Of a DNA stretch of 64,000 nucleotides, positions 18,505 to 28,848 are shown one piece after another. Both the position numbers and the translations under genes were made by a program. The stretch is taken from positions 192,189 through 256,188 of the forward strand of contig JBAZUA010000001.1 in the NCBI GenBank assembly GCA_041661645.1. Direction: 5' to 3'. Below the pieces are notes generated by a model that saw nothing but the letters and a program-made list of their open reading frames with translations, was not told the origin of the DNA and ran no database searches. How positions within the stretch are numbered: the stretch's first letter is position 1; every line of letters begins with the position of its first letter. Source of the stretch: Minisyncoccota bacterium. Its GTDB lineage: Bacteria; Patescibacteriota; Minisyncoccia; Phycocordibacterales; UBA6065.

Positions 18505-18565
18505 AGAATTTATCCATTCTTTCCCATTCGTGTGAGAAACTAGTGCAATCTCGACGAAACAGAAG

Positions 18566-19537
18566 ATGGAAGATTTCCGACCACACAAAAAGCCTCGGCC
18601 GTGTTCCTCGGCGCTCCAGGGACATTGGTGCGAACACGCAATCAAGCTCGTCCTTGTGGGTTCAATCATCATGCTCGCCTCGACCGACAGGCTCGTGTGC
18701 TGGAAACTAGCCACCGTGACGGCACTGGGCCTCTGGCTCCTGAGCAAGCATCTCGCTCGCAAAAACAAGGGACGGCAGGAAAAGGCGAAACTCGAGCAGA
18801 TGACCCAGCTTTCCAGGTTCGCGGAGCTCGGACGCATGTCCACGGGTTTGTTCCATGACCTCATCAGCCCGCTTTCCGCAATCAGCCTGACTCTTCAAGA
18901 AATAGAAACGAGCACGCACCCAGACATCGACGGCGTCAGGGAAAGGCTCGAAAGGTCTGTCATGGCAAGCAGGCGCATGGACCGTTTCATAACGTCAATA
19001 CGACAGAGGATACGATCGGACGAATTCAGGGAGGTGTTCCCGGCCAATACCATGATCGACAATACGGTTGGTCTCTTTCAGTACAAGGCCTCTAGGGAGG
19101 GTGTTGAATTGCGCGTCACCGCCAAACAGGACCTGAGCATATTCGGGAACGCCACGAAATTCTGCCAAGTGACGTCAAACCTCATATCGAACGCCATCGA
19201 TGCCTATGCAGGCGTCGAGAAAGACGAGAAAAGGGAAAGATATGTGTCGGTATCGCTCTCGCGGCGCAAAGGTAAAGCCATCATGGTCGTCGAAGACCAA
19301 GGGTCTGGCATAGAGCCAAGCGTGATGCCTCGGATATTTGAGCCATTCTTCACGACCAAGTCCCGAGAGACGGGGACAGGACTGGGACTCTGGATCACCA
19401 AGGAGATAGTCGAGGGCGAGTTCGGCGGGTCCATACGGGTAAAGAGCAGACCTGGATCGGGGACACGATTCGAGGTGATCATACGGAGGGAGAAGCCTGG
19501 AACTCAGACGGACTCCTCGACGAGCACCGTCTTGTGA
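18566..19537 (+). CDS. Sensor histidine kinase (two N-terminal TM helices, HisKA plus HATPase_c)
   Basis: H-box FHDLISPLSAI. N-box NLISNAIDA. G-boxes DQGSGIE and GTGLGLWI. Confidence 0.75.
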   Translation: MEDFRPHKKPRPCSSALQGHWCEHAIKLVLVGSIIMLASTDRLVCWKLATVTALGLWLLSKHLARKNKGRQEKAKLEQMTQLSRFAELGRMSTGLFHDLISPLSAISLTLQEIETSTHPDIDGVRERLERSVMASRRMDRFITSIRQRIRSDEFREVFPANTMIDNTVGLFQYKASREGVELRVTAKQDLSIFGNATKFCQVTSNLISNAIDAYAGVEKDEKRERYVSVSLSRRKGKAIMVVEDQGSGIEPSVMPRIFEPFFTTKSRETGTGLGLWITKEIVEGEFGGSIRVKSRPGSGTRFEVIIRREKPGTQTDSSTSTVL

Positions 19538-19731
19538 GGAGAATGATGCCCGCTCACGATCCGTATAACCCTCTTGGACGGCCCCAGATGGGCCCTCAGC
19601 AGCTTAAGCGCCCTCGCATTCGCAAGGCCTCGCTCGGGCGCGACGGAGACGGCCACGGCATATTCGCCGGCCTTCTTCTCCCTCACCGACTCTTTCTTCG
19701 TCTCCGTCGTGACCGTTATCTTTAGATGCAT
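19504..19731 (-). CDS. DUF167/YggU family protein
   Basis: GEYAVAVSVAPERGLANARALKLLRAHLG...VRIVSGHHSPHKTV matches the YggU (UPF0235) consensus. It overlaps the kinase 3' end convergently by 34 nt. Confidence 0.55.
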   Translation of the reverse strand: MHLKITVTTETKKESVREKKAGEYAVAVSVAPERGLANARALKLLRAHLGPSKRVIRIVSGHHSPHKTVLVEESV

Positions 19732-19735
19732 TGTG

Positions 19736-19806
19736 TGCGAGATGGGAGAATCGAACCCCCGCCCTATGCTTGGGAAGCACATGTTCTACCACTAAACCAA
19801 TCTCGC
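19736..19806 (-). tRNA. tRNA-Gly (anticodon CCC)
   Basis: Acceptor GCGAGAT/ATCTCGC. Anticodon loop TTCCCAA. T-arm GGGGG-TTCGATT-CTCCC. Confidence 0.75.
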
Positions 19807-19828
19807 AATACCCCTCTACGATATCACA

Positions 19829-21004
19829 TTATTTATCGGACTTCCCTTTGCCGCCCCTGCCGGACTCGCCCCTCCTCAAATACCTCTTTCCCTTCAGCTT
19901 TTCCGGCAACAAGCTCTCGGCGGAATACTTCTCATATCCCGCGCCGTAGCCGAGGCCCTTCATCAACTTCGTTGGCGCGTTCCTGATCTTGAGAGGTATC
20001 GGAAGATTGCCTGTGACCTTCACGTCGGCAAGAGCCTCGAAATAGGCCTCGTATGCGGACCTGTCCTTTGCCGCCGACGCGAGATAGGCAACGCCGTGAG
20101 CAAGGTTGATCGCCGCCTCGGGCAGCCCGATGCTCTCCACGGCCGCGAACACCGCATTCGCCACGACGAGCGCCGTCGGTTGGGCGAGTCCGACGTCCTC
20201 TGACGCGAATATGACCATGCGGCGGGCGATGAACTTCGGGTCTTCCCCGCCCTCGATCATGCGCGCCAGATAATACAGGGCCGCGTCGGCATCGCTCGCC
20301 CTCATGCTCTTTATGAAGGCGCTTATGGTGTCGTAATGTTCGTCGCCCTTCTTGTCGAAGCGTATGAAAATTTGTTCGAACGTGCTTTTCAGAGTCTCGA
20401 GAGTCACCGTCCCATACAGACGCTTGGCGTTCTCGAGGGCCGTCAGCGCCATGCGCGCGTCGCCGTTTGCGAGATTGACAAGCCAGTCAAGCGCAGCCTT
20501 CGGCAGCTTTATCTTCGTCCTCTTCACGATCGCCTCGATGTCCTTCGTCTCGAGACTCTTCAGCACGAACACTCGCGAGCGCGAGAGGAGTGCGGGAATG
20601 ACTTCGAAACTCGGGTTCTCGGTCGTGGCGCCGATGAGGGTTAGTCGTCCGCTCTCGACAAAGGGCAAAAGAAAGTCCTGTTGGGCCTTGTTGAAGCGAT
20701 GTATCTCATCGAGGAACAGGAGCTTGGGACGCTGATCGAGCAGATCAGTCTCGGACATGATGCGCTTGATGTCCTCCTTGCCCGCAGAAACGGCAGAAAG
20801 CTCGTACAGGCGCGCATCCAGTGCCTTTGCGTATATTCGGGCCAACGTGGTCTTTCCCACGCCTGGAGGCCCCCAGAGAATGAAGGAAAGCAGGTGCCTG
20901 TCGTCGATTGCCTTGCGCAAAGGTTTTCCGACGCCCACCAAATGCTCCTGGCCGATGAACTCGGCGAGGGACTGCGGTCTGATTTTTGATGCGAGGGGTT
21001 CCAT
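19829..21004 (-). CDS. rarA: Replication-associated recombination protein A (AAA+ ATPase)
   Basis: Walker A GPPGVGKTT. Walker B LFLDEIHRF. The MgsA C-terminal domain is present. Confidence 0.85.
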   Translation of the reverse strand: MEPLASKIRPQSLAEFIGQEHLVGVGKPLRKAIDDRHLLSFILWGPPGVGKTTLARIYAKALDARLYELSAVSAGKEDIKRIMSETDLLDQRPKLLFLDEIHRFNKAQQDFLLPFVESGRLTLIGATTENPSFEVIPALLSRSRVFVLKSLETKDIEAIVKRTKIKLPKAALDWLVNLANGDARMALTALENAKRLYGTVTLETLKSTFEQIFIRFDKKGDEHYDTISAFIKSMRASDADAALYYLARMIEGGEDPKFIARRMVIFASEDVGLAQPTALVVANAVFAAVESIGLPEAAINLAHGVAYLASAAKDRSAYEAYFEALADVKVTGNLPIPLKIRNAPTKLMKGLGYGAGYEKYSAESLLPEKLKGKRYLRRGESGRGGKGKSDK

Positions 21005-21026
21005 GTTTTATGCGCGGGAGCGCGAA

Positions 21027-21515
21027 TTACTTCCCTTCCACCCTCAGGCGATCGAGGCCATGCTTGTCGAACTCCTTGTCATATTTGCTGTAATATTCGC
21101 GGACGCCTTCGGGAAGAAGACCGTCTTCTGTCTCTATCGAGTCGACATCCCCTTCCGAGACATTCTCCAGAAAGTCGCGCTGGCCCAGGCGATCGGAAAG
21201 CTCGAGCCAGAACTGATCCTCGATGTATTCATCAACGATTTCCTCCGTCCCGTCCATGATGTCATCGGCGGGCAGGAGCCTCTTGCCCGCTTCCTGCACC
21301 AAATCTTCCGCATCGGTGCCGATGGCCGACTCGAGGACGATTTTCTCGAGCGCGACAAGGCTTTTGAGGGCGACGCGACTCTCGGTGCCGTCGGCCTCCC
21401 CGGCCCTAGCCCCGTGAACGGTCTCCTGTATGAGAAGCCCTATGTCGAGAACGCCCAGGAGACCCCGGTACTGGTCGACATCGAGCAATATGTTGATGCG
21501 TGAATTGTCGGTCAT
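21027..21515 (-). CDS. Acidic hypothetical protein (162 aa, very D/E-rich)
   Basis: Long ORF with coding-like third-position GC. No domain recognised. Confidence 0.4.
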   Translation of the reverse strand: MTDNSRINILLDVDQYRGLLGVLDIGLLIQETVHGARAGEADGTESRVALKSLVALEKIVLESAIGTDAEDLVQEAGKRLLPADDIMDGTEEIVDEYIEDQFWLELSDRLGQRDFLENVSEGDVDSIETEDGLLPEGVREYYSKYDKEFDKHGLDRLRVEGK

Positions 21516-21592
21516 ATCCAGAAGTATGTCAGGTGCCCGCTCAAAAGCAAGATGCTTGGCATAAGGGGTTTTTGTGCTATGCTTTTGCGAAC

Positions 21593-21664
21593 GGGCCTAT
21601 AGTTTCAATGGTAAAACATCTCACTCCAAACGAGAGGTTCCAGGTTCGAGTCCTGGTGGGCCCG
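21593..21664 (+). tRNA. tRNA-Trp (anticodon CCA)
   Basis: Acceptor GGGCCTA/TGGGCCC. Anticodon loop CTCCAAA as in E. coli tRNA-Trp. T-arm CCAGG-TTCGAGT-CCTGG. Confidence 0.7.
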
Positions 21665-22328
21665 CAAATACGGTCAAATCTAGTTTAAAGCACTCTGCCG
21701 CAACAGCCCTTAGTTCCCGAGAAATTCTTACATCGTGATAACGAAGATTGGCGCATCCCTGATATCCCTCTTTTCTACAGAGGCCGGAATTCTTTTTCTG
21801 AAAAGTCTTTATGAATTGACTCGTCGGCACCCCGGTGACTTTCGACCACAGGGCAAGTTGGGCCGACACGTCATGATATGAATGAAGATGCATTTGAACC
21901 CTAAACTTACCCTCATCGAGAGAAAAGGAGGCACGGAGGGTGTTTACGAAAAGCCTCATGAGTCCAGGGTCAGAATTCATGAAAGACACTCCCGAATAGG
22001 GTGACTTAGTTCCCTCGCAGACATAAAGCATGGCGCAGAGAAAAAGCGAGGAGTCCCGATTAAATCGCACCTTCGAAACCATCTTCCGAGCACGTCTCAG
22101 AGCTTCGTCTTCCTTGCCAAGCCTTCTGTTTCGAAGGGTCTCCTGGGAACGCAATTGTCCAACGACGGATTTTGCCAGCAGTTTCTCCCTCGCTTCCGCC
22201 GAAAGGACCACATTTCTCACCCACGTCGAGACCGAGCTTTTAGACACGCCCAAAGCAGTCACTATCTCATTCAGAGAATAGCCCTGTTTCCTCAGCTCCA
22301 TGGCCCTCATTTTCTGCGCTGCCTTCAT
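21621..22328 (-). CDS. HTH-domain protein with a possible LAGLIDADG-like nuclease C-terminal domain; its 3' end overlaps tRNA-Trp
   Basis: N-terminal HTH (GYSLNEIVTALGVSKSSVSTWVRN). C-terminal LFLCAMLYVCEGTKS...VSFMNSDPGLMRLFVNTL resembles the LAGLIDADG motif plus beta-sheet. Lower GC than its neighbours. Start chosen at the MKAAQK ATG. The longer track ORF overlaps rpmG in another frame. Confidence 0.4.
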   Translation of the reverse strand: MKAAQKMRAMELRKQGYSLNEIVTALGVSKSSVSTWVRNVVLSAEAREKLLAKSVVGQLRSQETLRNRRLGKEDEALRRARKMVSKVRFNRDSSLFLCAMLYVCEGTKSPYSGVSFMNSDPGLMRLFVNTLRASFSLDEGKFRVQMHLHSYHDVSAQLALWSKVTGVPTSQFIKTFQKKNSGLCRKEGYQGCANLRYHDVRISRELRAVAAECFKLDLTVFAGPPGLEPGTSRLE

Positions 22329-22408
22329 GCCACAATCGTAGCAAAAGGGTGATAAAGGAATTATAAAGACCAAAGAAAAAGGCCGCCCTTCGGGCGGCCC
22401 TTTCGCGA

Positions 22409-22564
22409 CTACTTCTTCGCCTCCTTGAAGACGACGCGCTTCCTGAGAAGCTTTGAGTACTTCTTGAGCTCGATCTTGCGCTCCACCTTCTTCTTGTTCT
22501 TTCGGGTGTAGTAGACCTCGCCGGTGGCCTTGTTCTTGAGAATGATGAGTGAGTCCTGTGACAT
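22409..22564 (-). CDS. rpmG: 50S ribosomal protein L33
   Basis: MSQDSLIILKNKATGEVYYTRKNKKKVERKIELKKYSKLLRKRVVFKEAKK matches the bL33 consensus (YxTxKNKK...LELKKY...V..KE.K). Confidence 0.7.
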   Translation of the reverse strand: MSQDSLIILKNKATGEVYYTRKNKKKVERKIELKKYSKLLRKRVVFKEAKK

Positions 22565-22636
22565 AAATTGAATGAAAATGTTGTAGGAGGATAGTATCAC
22601 AGCCTCCATAAAACCGCAATACGCGCCCGTAATCGG

Positions 22637-23788
22637 CTATTTCAGGGCAATGCGCGGTATGAGGGGATTTATGCGGGTGACCACCTCGTAATTGATCGTG
22701 CCGGCCTTTTCGGCCATCTCGTCGGCGGAAATCGTCTCGGAACCCTGAGTGCCGATCAGGACCACCTCGTCGCTCTCTCTCGCGCCGGGCATGTCAGTCA
22801 CGTCAACGATGGCCATATCCATACTCACCCTGCCGATGATGTTTGCCCTTTTGCCCCCAATGAGCACCTGACCCCTGTTGGAGACGCCTCTCGACAGGCC
22901 GTGCCAATAGCCGACGGGGATAACGGCGATGCGGGAGTCTCGCGCGACCTCATATGTCAGGTCATAGCCGACCTTTGACCCGCGAGGCACAAACTTGGTC
23001 TCGGTGACGATGGTTTTCCACGAGAGGGCGGAAACGAGATGTATCGCCTTGGCGTGTCTCCGTATCTCGGGCGACGGCCAAAGACCGTAGAGAGATATAC
23101 CCGCCCTCGACATATCGCAATGAAAATCATCGGAAAAGAGTATGCCTGAACTTGCCGACGCGTGGGTGATGGGCGTGAACCCCTTCTCCCTGAGCCTCTC
23201 GACGGCCGCCTTGAACTTGCCGATCTGCATCCTCGAATATGCCTCGCTCGTGGGGGTCTCCATGGCGGCAAAGTGGGTGTACGCGCCCTCGATCACCGCA
23301 GGAAAGCCTGCCGCGGAGATAGTGCGAACGGCCTGCTGTATCTGGGGCTCGAGCAGGCCCTGCCTGTGGAGGCCCGTGTCGAACTTGATGTGGATGCGGA
23401 GTCTCTTGGAAAGCTTCGTCTTTGCCAAATTCTGAAGCGACTCGAGCGATGATATCGTCAGAGAGACGTTCTTTGCCGCCGCGACTTTATAGAATGCGGG
23501 CAAGGTGTAGCCGAGGACGAGGACGGAGGCCTTGATGCCGGCCTTACGCAGCTCGAGCGCCTCATTCAATTCGTCGACGGCGAGCCAGTTCGCCCCACCC
23601 TTGAGCGCCGCCTTTGCGGCAACAACCATTCCATGTCCGTATGCGTTCGACTTTACCACGGCCATGAGGGCGACCTCGCCCGAGAGGAGCACCTTGAGGG
23701 TGCGGGCGTTTCCCTCGATTGCCCTTGTGTCGATTTCCACCCAGGTTCGATGGGTCGGAACGGGCGTCTTCATGGCCTTCTTTTTCAT
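22637..23788 (-). CDS. alr: Alanine racemase
   Basis: PLP-lysine motif AVVKSNAYGHG. C-terminal beta domain with GRVSMDM. Confidence 0.9.
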   Translation of the reverse strand: MKKKAMKTPVPTHRTWVEIDTRAIEGNARTLKVLLSGEVALMAVVKSNAYGHGMVVAAKAALKGGANWLAVDELNEALELRKAGIKASVLVLGYTLPAFYKVAAAKNVSLTISSLESLQNLAKTKLSKRLRIHIKFDTGLHRQGLLEPQIQQAVRTISAAGFPAVIEGAYTHFAAMETPTSEAYSRMQIGKFKAAVERLREKGFTPITHASASSGILFSDDFHCDMSRAGISLYGLWPSPEIRRHAKAIHLVSALSWKTIVTETKFVPRGSKVGYDLTYEVARDSRIAVIPVGYWHGLSRGVSNRGQVLIGGKRANIIGRVSMDMAIVDVTDMPGARESDEVVLIGTQGSETISADEMAEKAGTINYEVVTRINPLIPRIALK

Positions 23789-23834
23789 AGCGAGAATAGT
23801 AGCATAAAACCGGCCGAAGCCGGTTTTGATGTTG

Positions 23835-23917
23835 TGCGCCGAGAGGGACTCGAACCCCCGATGCCCAGTGGGCCGGAGATTTACAGTCTCCTGGAATAGC
23901 CGCTATCCGATCGGCGC
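23835..23917 (-). tRNA. tRNA-Tyr (anticodon GUA), long variable arm
   Basis: Perfect acceptor stem GCGCCGA/TCGGCGC. Anticodon stem-loop GGAGA-CTGTAAA-TCTCC. T-arm GGGGG-TTCGAGT-CCCTC. Confidence 0.75.
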
Positions 23918-23983
23918 ATGTCGCTGCGTGTAGTAATGTAGCACATTTTTGCCATCGAGCAACATTCAGACACGCAGCCGTCC

Positions 23984-26707
23984 TTATATAATCTTCTCCT
24001 TCTCCGCCTCGACGCTCTCAGCCAAGGTCTGCAAGGGAATGACCTTCCTGCCCTTCTTCACGTCGAAGGTGAATTCGACGGCCGAGCCGGTCGCACCCGC
24101 CTTGACGCCAACCTGTATCGATCCGCCCTTGCCCACGGCCTGCGAGATCATGAATCCCGCGACGGGTGTGAGTATCTTCTCCTGTATGAGTCGCCTGAGC
24201 GGTCGCGCGCCGTACTGCGGGTTGTAGCCTTCCTTCGAGAGGTATTCGAGCACCGCGGGCGCGATGTCGAGCCTGATCTCCTTCTCGGCAAGCCGCTTGA
24301 CCACCTGCTCCACCTGAATGCCGACGATGTTCCTGATAGACTCGGGCGACAGCACGTCAAAGAGTATGATCGAGTCGAGTCGATTGAGGAACTCGGGCCT
24401 GAAATAGTCCTTGAGGCTCTCCATGACCTTCGCCTTCACGTCCTCGTACTTGTTCTTGGTGCCGGTGTCGGACGCAAAGCCGAGCTTCTCCATCTTGTCG
24501 ATGAACTGGGACCCGATGTTCGAGGTGAGGATGATGACAGTGTTCTTGAAGTTTACGACACGGCCCTTGGTGTCGGTCAGGCGGCCGTTGTCGAGCACCT
24601 GCAGGAGTATGTTGAAGACCTCGGGATGGGCCTTCTCGACCTCATCGAAGAGGATGACGGAATAGGGCTTGTGTCGGACCATCTCGGTGAGGGATCCTCC
24701 CTCCTCATAGCCGACATAGCCCGGAGGCGCGCCGATGAGCTTTGAGGTCGAGTGCTTGTCCATAAACTCGGACATGTCGATGCGAATGAGTGACTTCTCG
24801 TCGTTGAACATGAACTCGGCGAGGGCCTTGGTGAGCTCGGTCTTTCCGACGCCCGTCGGTCCGAGGAACAGGAACGAGCCGATAGGCCTGTTCGGGTCCG
24901 CGATGCCGGCACGGGCGCGACGAATGGTATCGGCGATCTTCTTGACCGCCTCGAGCTGTCCGACGACGCGTCGATCAAGCTCGCTTTCCATGCGCATGAG
25001 CTTGCGAGCCTCCTCCTCGAGCATCTTGGATACTGGAATGCCCGTCCATTTGGAAACGACGTCGGCAATGTCCTGCTCGGTGATCTCCTCCTTCAGGATG
25101 CGACGCGAGGTCTGCATCTTCTTGAGCTTCTTTATCTTGACGTCGAGGTCCTTCTCGAGCATCGGTATCTTGCCGTAGCGGATTTCGGCGGCCTTGGCCA
25201 AATCGGCCTTGAGCTCGGCCGCCTCGGCGTCGATACGGAGCCTCTCGAGATCCTTCTTGTGGGACTTTATACCAGTGAGGAGCTCCTTCTCGGTCTTCCA
25301 CTTGAGCTCGACCTCCTGGGTCTGCTCCTTGAGGTCGGCAATCTCCTTCTCGATGGTCTTTATGCGAAGCTTCGGGGTCTTGGGGTCCTTGCTCACCTCG
25401 GCCTCCTTCCTGAGGGACACGAGCTCGATCTCGAGGCGCATGACCTTGCGATGGGTCTCCTCGAGAAGCGGCGGTTTGGATTCAAGAGAGATCTTCAATG
25501 CCGAAGAGGCCTCGTCGATGAGGTCCACCACCTTGTCGGGCAGGAACCTGTCGCTTATGTAACGGGACGAGAGGTTCACGGCCGCGATGATGGCGTCGTC
25601 CGTTATGCGGACGCCGTGATAGAGCTCGTACTTCTCCTTGAGGCCTCGCAGTATGGCGATGGCATCCTCGACGGTAGGCTCGACGACCTGCACGGGCTGA
25701 AAGCGTCGGGTAAGCGCCGGGTCTTTCTCTATATGCTTCTGATACTCCTTGAGGGTGGTCGCGCCGATGGCACGCAGTTCCCCACGAGCCAATGCAGGCT
25801 TGAGCATGTTCGATGCGTCCATCGATCCCTCGGACGCGCCGGCGCCGACGATGGTATGAATCTCGTCTATGAAAAGTATCACCTTTCCGTCCGACCTCTC
25901 GATCTCCTTCATGATGTTCTTGAGGCGCTCCTCGAACTCGCCGCGGTACTTGGTGCCCGCGACCAGAAGGCCGAGGTCGAGCGAGACCAGTTCTTTGTCC
26001 TTGAGGGACTCGGGAACGTCGCCCTGGGCCATGCGCAGGGCGAGGCCCTCGACGATCGCGGTCTTGCCCACTCCCGCCTCTCCAATGAGCATCGGGTTGT
26101 TCTTGGTTCGGCGCGAGAGTATCTGGATGATGCGGTTTATCTCGCTGTCGCGGCCGATGACGGGGTCAAGGCGATTCTCGAGGGCGAGCTTGGTCAGGCT
26201 GCGGGTGTACTTGAGGAGGGCGCGAGGCTTCTTGGCGGGAGAGGGCTCGTTGCTCTTGCTCGTGCGGAGTTCCTCGAGCACGCGAAGCACGCCTGCCTTG
26301 TCTATCTTGAAGCGGGTGAGCAAATCGAGGGCCGGGCTCTGCATCTCGAGGAGGGCGATGAAGAGATGCTCGGTAGAGATGAACTCATCGCCGAGGGACG
26401 CCGCGACCTTAGACGAGTTCTCGAGGGCCTGGGCAAGCTCGGGCGTGAGATATATCTGGTACGACTGGGAGAGCGTCGCCCCCTGTTGGGTGCCCTCGAG
26501 GGACTCCGCGAGAGTGTCGCTGAGAAGAAGGGTGTCGACCTCGAGCTTCTCGAGAATGGCCGAAACCATGCTCTCCTCCTGAATGATGAGGGATGAGAGG
26601 AGGTGAAGGGGGTTGACGTGATTCTGCCCCCGCTCGATGGCGAGCTCGTGGGCCCGCCTGATGGCCTCCTTGGCCTTGGTGGTGAAATGATTAAGGGGTG
26701 GTGTCAT
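23984..26707 (-). CDS. clpB: ATP-dependent chaperone ClpB
   Basis: Clp N domain, two AAA+ modules (GEAGVGKTA and GPTGVGKTE Walker A motifs), and a long middle coiled-coil domain typical of ClpB. 907 aa. Confidence 0.9.
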   Translation of the reverse strand: MTPPLNHFTTKAKEAIRRAHELAIERGQNHVNPLHLLSSLIIQEESMVSAILEKLEVDTLLLSDTLAESLEGTQQGATLSQSYQIYLTPELAQALENSSKVAASLGDEFISTEHLFIALLEMQSPALDLLTRFKIDKAGVLRVLEELRTSKSNEPSPAKKPRALLKYTRSLTKLALENRLDPVIGRDSEINRIIQILSRRTKNNPMLIGEAGVGKTAIVEGLALRMAQGDVPESLKDKELVSLDLGLLVAGTKYRGEFEERLKNIMKEIERSDGKVILFIDEIHTIVGAGASEGSMDASNMLKPALARGELRAIGATTLKEYQKHIEKDPALTRRFQPVQVVEPTVEDAIAILRGLKEKYELYHGVRITDDAIIAAVNLSSRYISDRFLPDKVVDLIDEASSALKISLESKPPLLEETHRKVMRLEIELVSLRKEAEVSKDPKTPKLRIKTIEKEIADLKEQTQEVELKWKTEKELLTGIKSHKKDLERLRIDAEAAELKADLAKAAEIRYGKIPMLEKDLDVKIKKLKKMQTSRRILKEEITEQDIADVVSKWTGIPVSKMLEEEARKLMRMESELDRRVVGQLEAVKKIADTIRRARAGIADPNRPIGSFLFLGPTGVGKTELTKALAEFMFNDEKSLIRIDMSEFMDKHSTSKLIGAPPGYVGYEEGGSLTEMVRHKPYSVILFDEVEKAHPEVFNILLQVLDNGRLTDTKGRVVNFKNTVIILTSNIGSQFIDKMEKLGFASDTGTKNKYEDVKAKVMESLKDYFRPEFLNRLDSIILFDVLSPESIRNIVGIQVEQVVKRLAEKEIRLDIAPAVLEYLSKEGYNPQYGARPLRRLIQEKILTPVAGFMISQAVGKGGSIQVGVKAGATGSAVEFTFDVKKGRKVIPLQTLAESVEAEKEKII

Positions 26708-27467
26708 ATTGTTTGATTATATTCGAAGGAATAAAGGCTTTGTCTGAAGGACTGTCATTCTGTATGCCCACGACCTCACCCAGAAGATTAGCAAGAACTG
26801 CCGAAGAATCAAAGTCCTCGCCCAAAGGACTCGTTTTGAGGGTCATACCGTCGCCGGCACCGCGAATCGACGAGACTATTCCCGTGGCGGCGACGGGATC
26901 AGCAACTCCGCCCACGGCCACCACCGCCTGGCCCAGTTTCACCGCACCTGAGTCGGCGAAGGCAACCGCCGAATAGGCTCGGGCGTCCAGGGGGTTGGCG
27001 CTCTGATCCGCCTGGAACAGGGATAGTCCGCGAGCGGCGTCTCGCGACACGAAGACGAGAGAGACGACGTTGCCGCCAGAGAGTTTGGCGACCAGAGGCG
27101 CCTCTCCGAGAACGCCGGAGGAGGTGACGATCCTTCCCGTCGGAGAGACGATGACGCCGAGGCCGACAAAGGCCCCGGGGACGCCCTGGTTTGAGACGAA
27201 TATTCTGACGATCGATCTCGACACCCTCGCAATAGCATCCGTGACAGCCTGATCGTCCTTAACAATGACAGTCTCACGGGCGGCGGAGGTGGCGATGGTG
27301 GGAGACACCTTCTCTATGGTGCGCTCGACGACTCTGCTTATAGTCTGGGTGGCAGTGGGCTGACCCTGATCAGTGAGAGAGACCGTGACGATGCTTGAGG
27401 CAATGGACGAGACAAAGCTGACGAGGAGGGCGAGCAAGACTATCTGTTGTCTGGTGAGATGCTCCAT
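26691..27467 (-). CDS. Membrane-anchored trypsin-like (HtrA/S1C-like) protein, probably non-catalytic
   Basis: N-terminal TM helix, then a chymotrypsin-fold-like region. No GNSGGPL-type serine motif is evident. Overlaps the clpB start by 17 nt. Confidence 0.45.
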   Translation of the reverse strand: MEHLTRQQIVLLALLVSFVSSIASSIVTVSLTDQGQPTATQTISRVVERTIEKVSPTIATSAARETVIVKDDQAVTDAIARVSRSIVRIFVSNQGVPGAFVGLGVIVSPTGRIVTSSGVLGEAPLVAKLSGGNVVSLVFVSRDAARGLSLFQADQSANPLDARAYSAVAFADSGAVKLGQAVVAVGGVADPVAATGIVSSIRGAGDGMTLKTSPLGEDFDSSAVLANLLGEVVGIQNDSPSDKAFIPSNIIKQYDTTP

Positions 27468-27587
27468 AAAATAATCATACTACAAATCACCTCCCCTGGC
27501 ATGCGTTTCAGGAGAACGGGCTCTTGGCTTGCTATCCGAGGCCCTCACTCTCGCACCGCCGTGCTCCGAGAGTCTCCTTCACGCATG

Positions 27588-28772
27588 CTACCGAAGCTCC
27601 TTGAGTGCGGAGATTATTTTATGTATGTCGGAGAGGGTCGCGTCGGGGGCAAGGGAGAATCTGAGGGTGTTTCTCGCCCTCCAGTCAGGACCACCAAGTG
27701 CGGAGACGACATATGACGACTCCTCACCCTTAAGGCAAGAGCTTTTTGTGGAGCAGGCGATGCCCGCATGATCGAGCTTGAGCACGGCGAATTCCGGATC
27801 GGAAAGTCCTGACAATGATAGGTTCACATTGTTCGGAAGCCTTTTTTCGAATGAGCCGTTTAACATGATGTCTGTAAAGGCCTTTCCGAGCGCCGCGACG
27901 AATACGTCTCGGATAGAGGACGCCTGCCTCACCCGCACTTCCCTGCCCTCGTGGGCAATCCTGAGGGCCTCGGTGAATCCAGCCGCGAGCTCTACGCTCT
28001 CGGTGGTCGGCCTCATGCCACGCTCCTGCCCGCCGCCGAGCATCGTCGGCCTGCATGGCGTGCCATGACGCAGGGCAAGAAGCCCAATGCCCTTTGGGCC
28101 CTGCATCTTGTGGGCGTCGAGAGTCAGGGCATCGACGCGAAGCCCCTCGAGATCGCAGGCAAGCCAGAGCGGTGCCTGTGAGGCGTCTGAATGGAATACC
28201 GGAAACAACGCGCCATCCTCACCCACCTTGGCCGCTCGAATCTTCCTGATGCCCGCGCCTATTTTCGAAATAGGCTGAATGGTTCCAATCTCATTGTTGG
28301 CAAGCATGCAGGTCACGAGAACGGTGTTCGGGCGAATGGCTGCTAGCATTTCATCCGCACTGACGATGCCCACCTCATTTGTCCCCACGTAAGTGACAGA
28401 AGCGCCCCTTCGCTCGAGATCACGCAGTGTCTCGAGTATTGACGAGTGTTCGATAGCCGTACTGACGATATGAATGTCGGTCAGCGGCATGCCTTCGGCC
28501 ACACAAGCCTCAACCACTCCACGCACGATCATGTTATTCGCCTCGGTTCCCCCGCTCGTGAAATACATCTCATCCGACTTAGCCGAGAGGATCATGGCAC
28601 ACGCGACGCGAGATGCGCTCAACGCGTTCTTCGCGACGACGCCCTCGGCATGTATCGCCGATGGGTTCGCCCAGAAGGCACGGGCCTTCGACATCGCCTT
28701 GGCGACGCGAGGATGCAGCGGCGTGGTGGCCGCCCAGTCTGCGTATATGCGTCTTTTCCTGAATCCAAACAT
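27588..28772 (-). CDS. Cysteine desulfurase (class V aminotransferase, IscS/NifS-like)
   Basis: PLP-lysine region TLDAHKMQGPKGIGLL. Catalytic Cys loop SSCLKGEES. ADWAATTP N-terminal motif. Confidence 0.85.
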   Translation of the reverse strand: MFGFRKRRIYADWAATTPLHPRVAKAMSKARAFWANPSAIHAEGVVAKNALSASRVACAMILSAKSDEMYFTSGGTEANNMIVRGVVEACVAEGMPLTDIHIVSTAIEHSSILETLRDLERRGASVTYVGTNEVGIVSADEMLAAIRPNTVLVTCMLANNEIGTIQPISKIGAGIRKIRAAKVGEDGALFPVFHSDASQAPLWLACDLEGLRVDALTLDAHKMQGPKGIGLLALRHGTPCRPTMLGGGQERGMRPTTESVELAAGFTEALRIAHEGREVRVRQASSIRDVFVAALGKAFTDIMLNGSFEKRLPNNVNLSLSGLSDPEFAVLKLDHAGIACSTKSSCLKGEESSYVVSALGGPDWRARNTLRFSLAPDATLSDIHKIISALKELR

Positions 28773-28848
28773 TGTCCACTCATACTATGCAAAACAAAGA
28801 AAAACCGCCAGCACTGAGCTGGCGGTTGAATCATGCTTACCAATGGGA

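Noticed and set aside
21621-22619. 332-aa ORF-track call extending the HTH/LAGLIDADG-like gene upstream through rpmG.
   Set aside because: The upstream 97 codons overlap the clearly conserved bL33 gene in another frame and have no similarity to anything. The gene was trimmed to the MKAAQK start at 22328.
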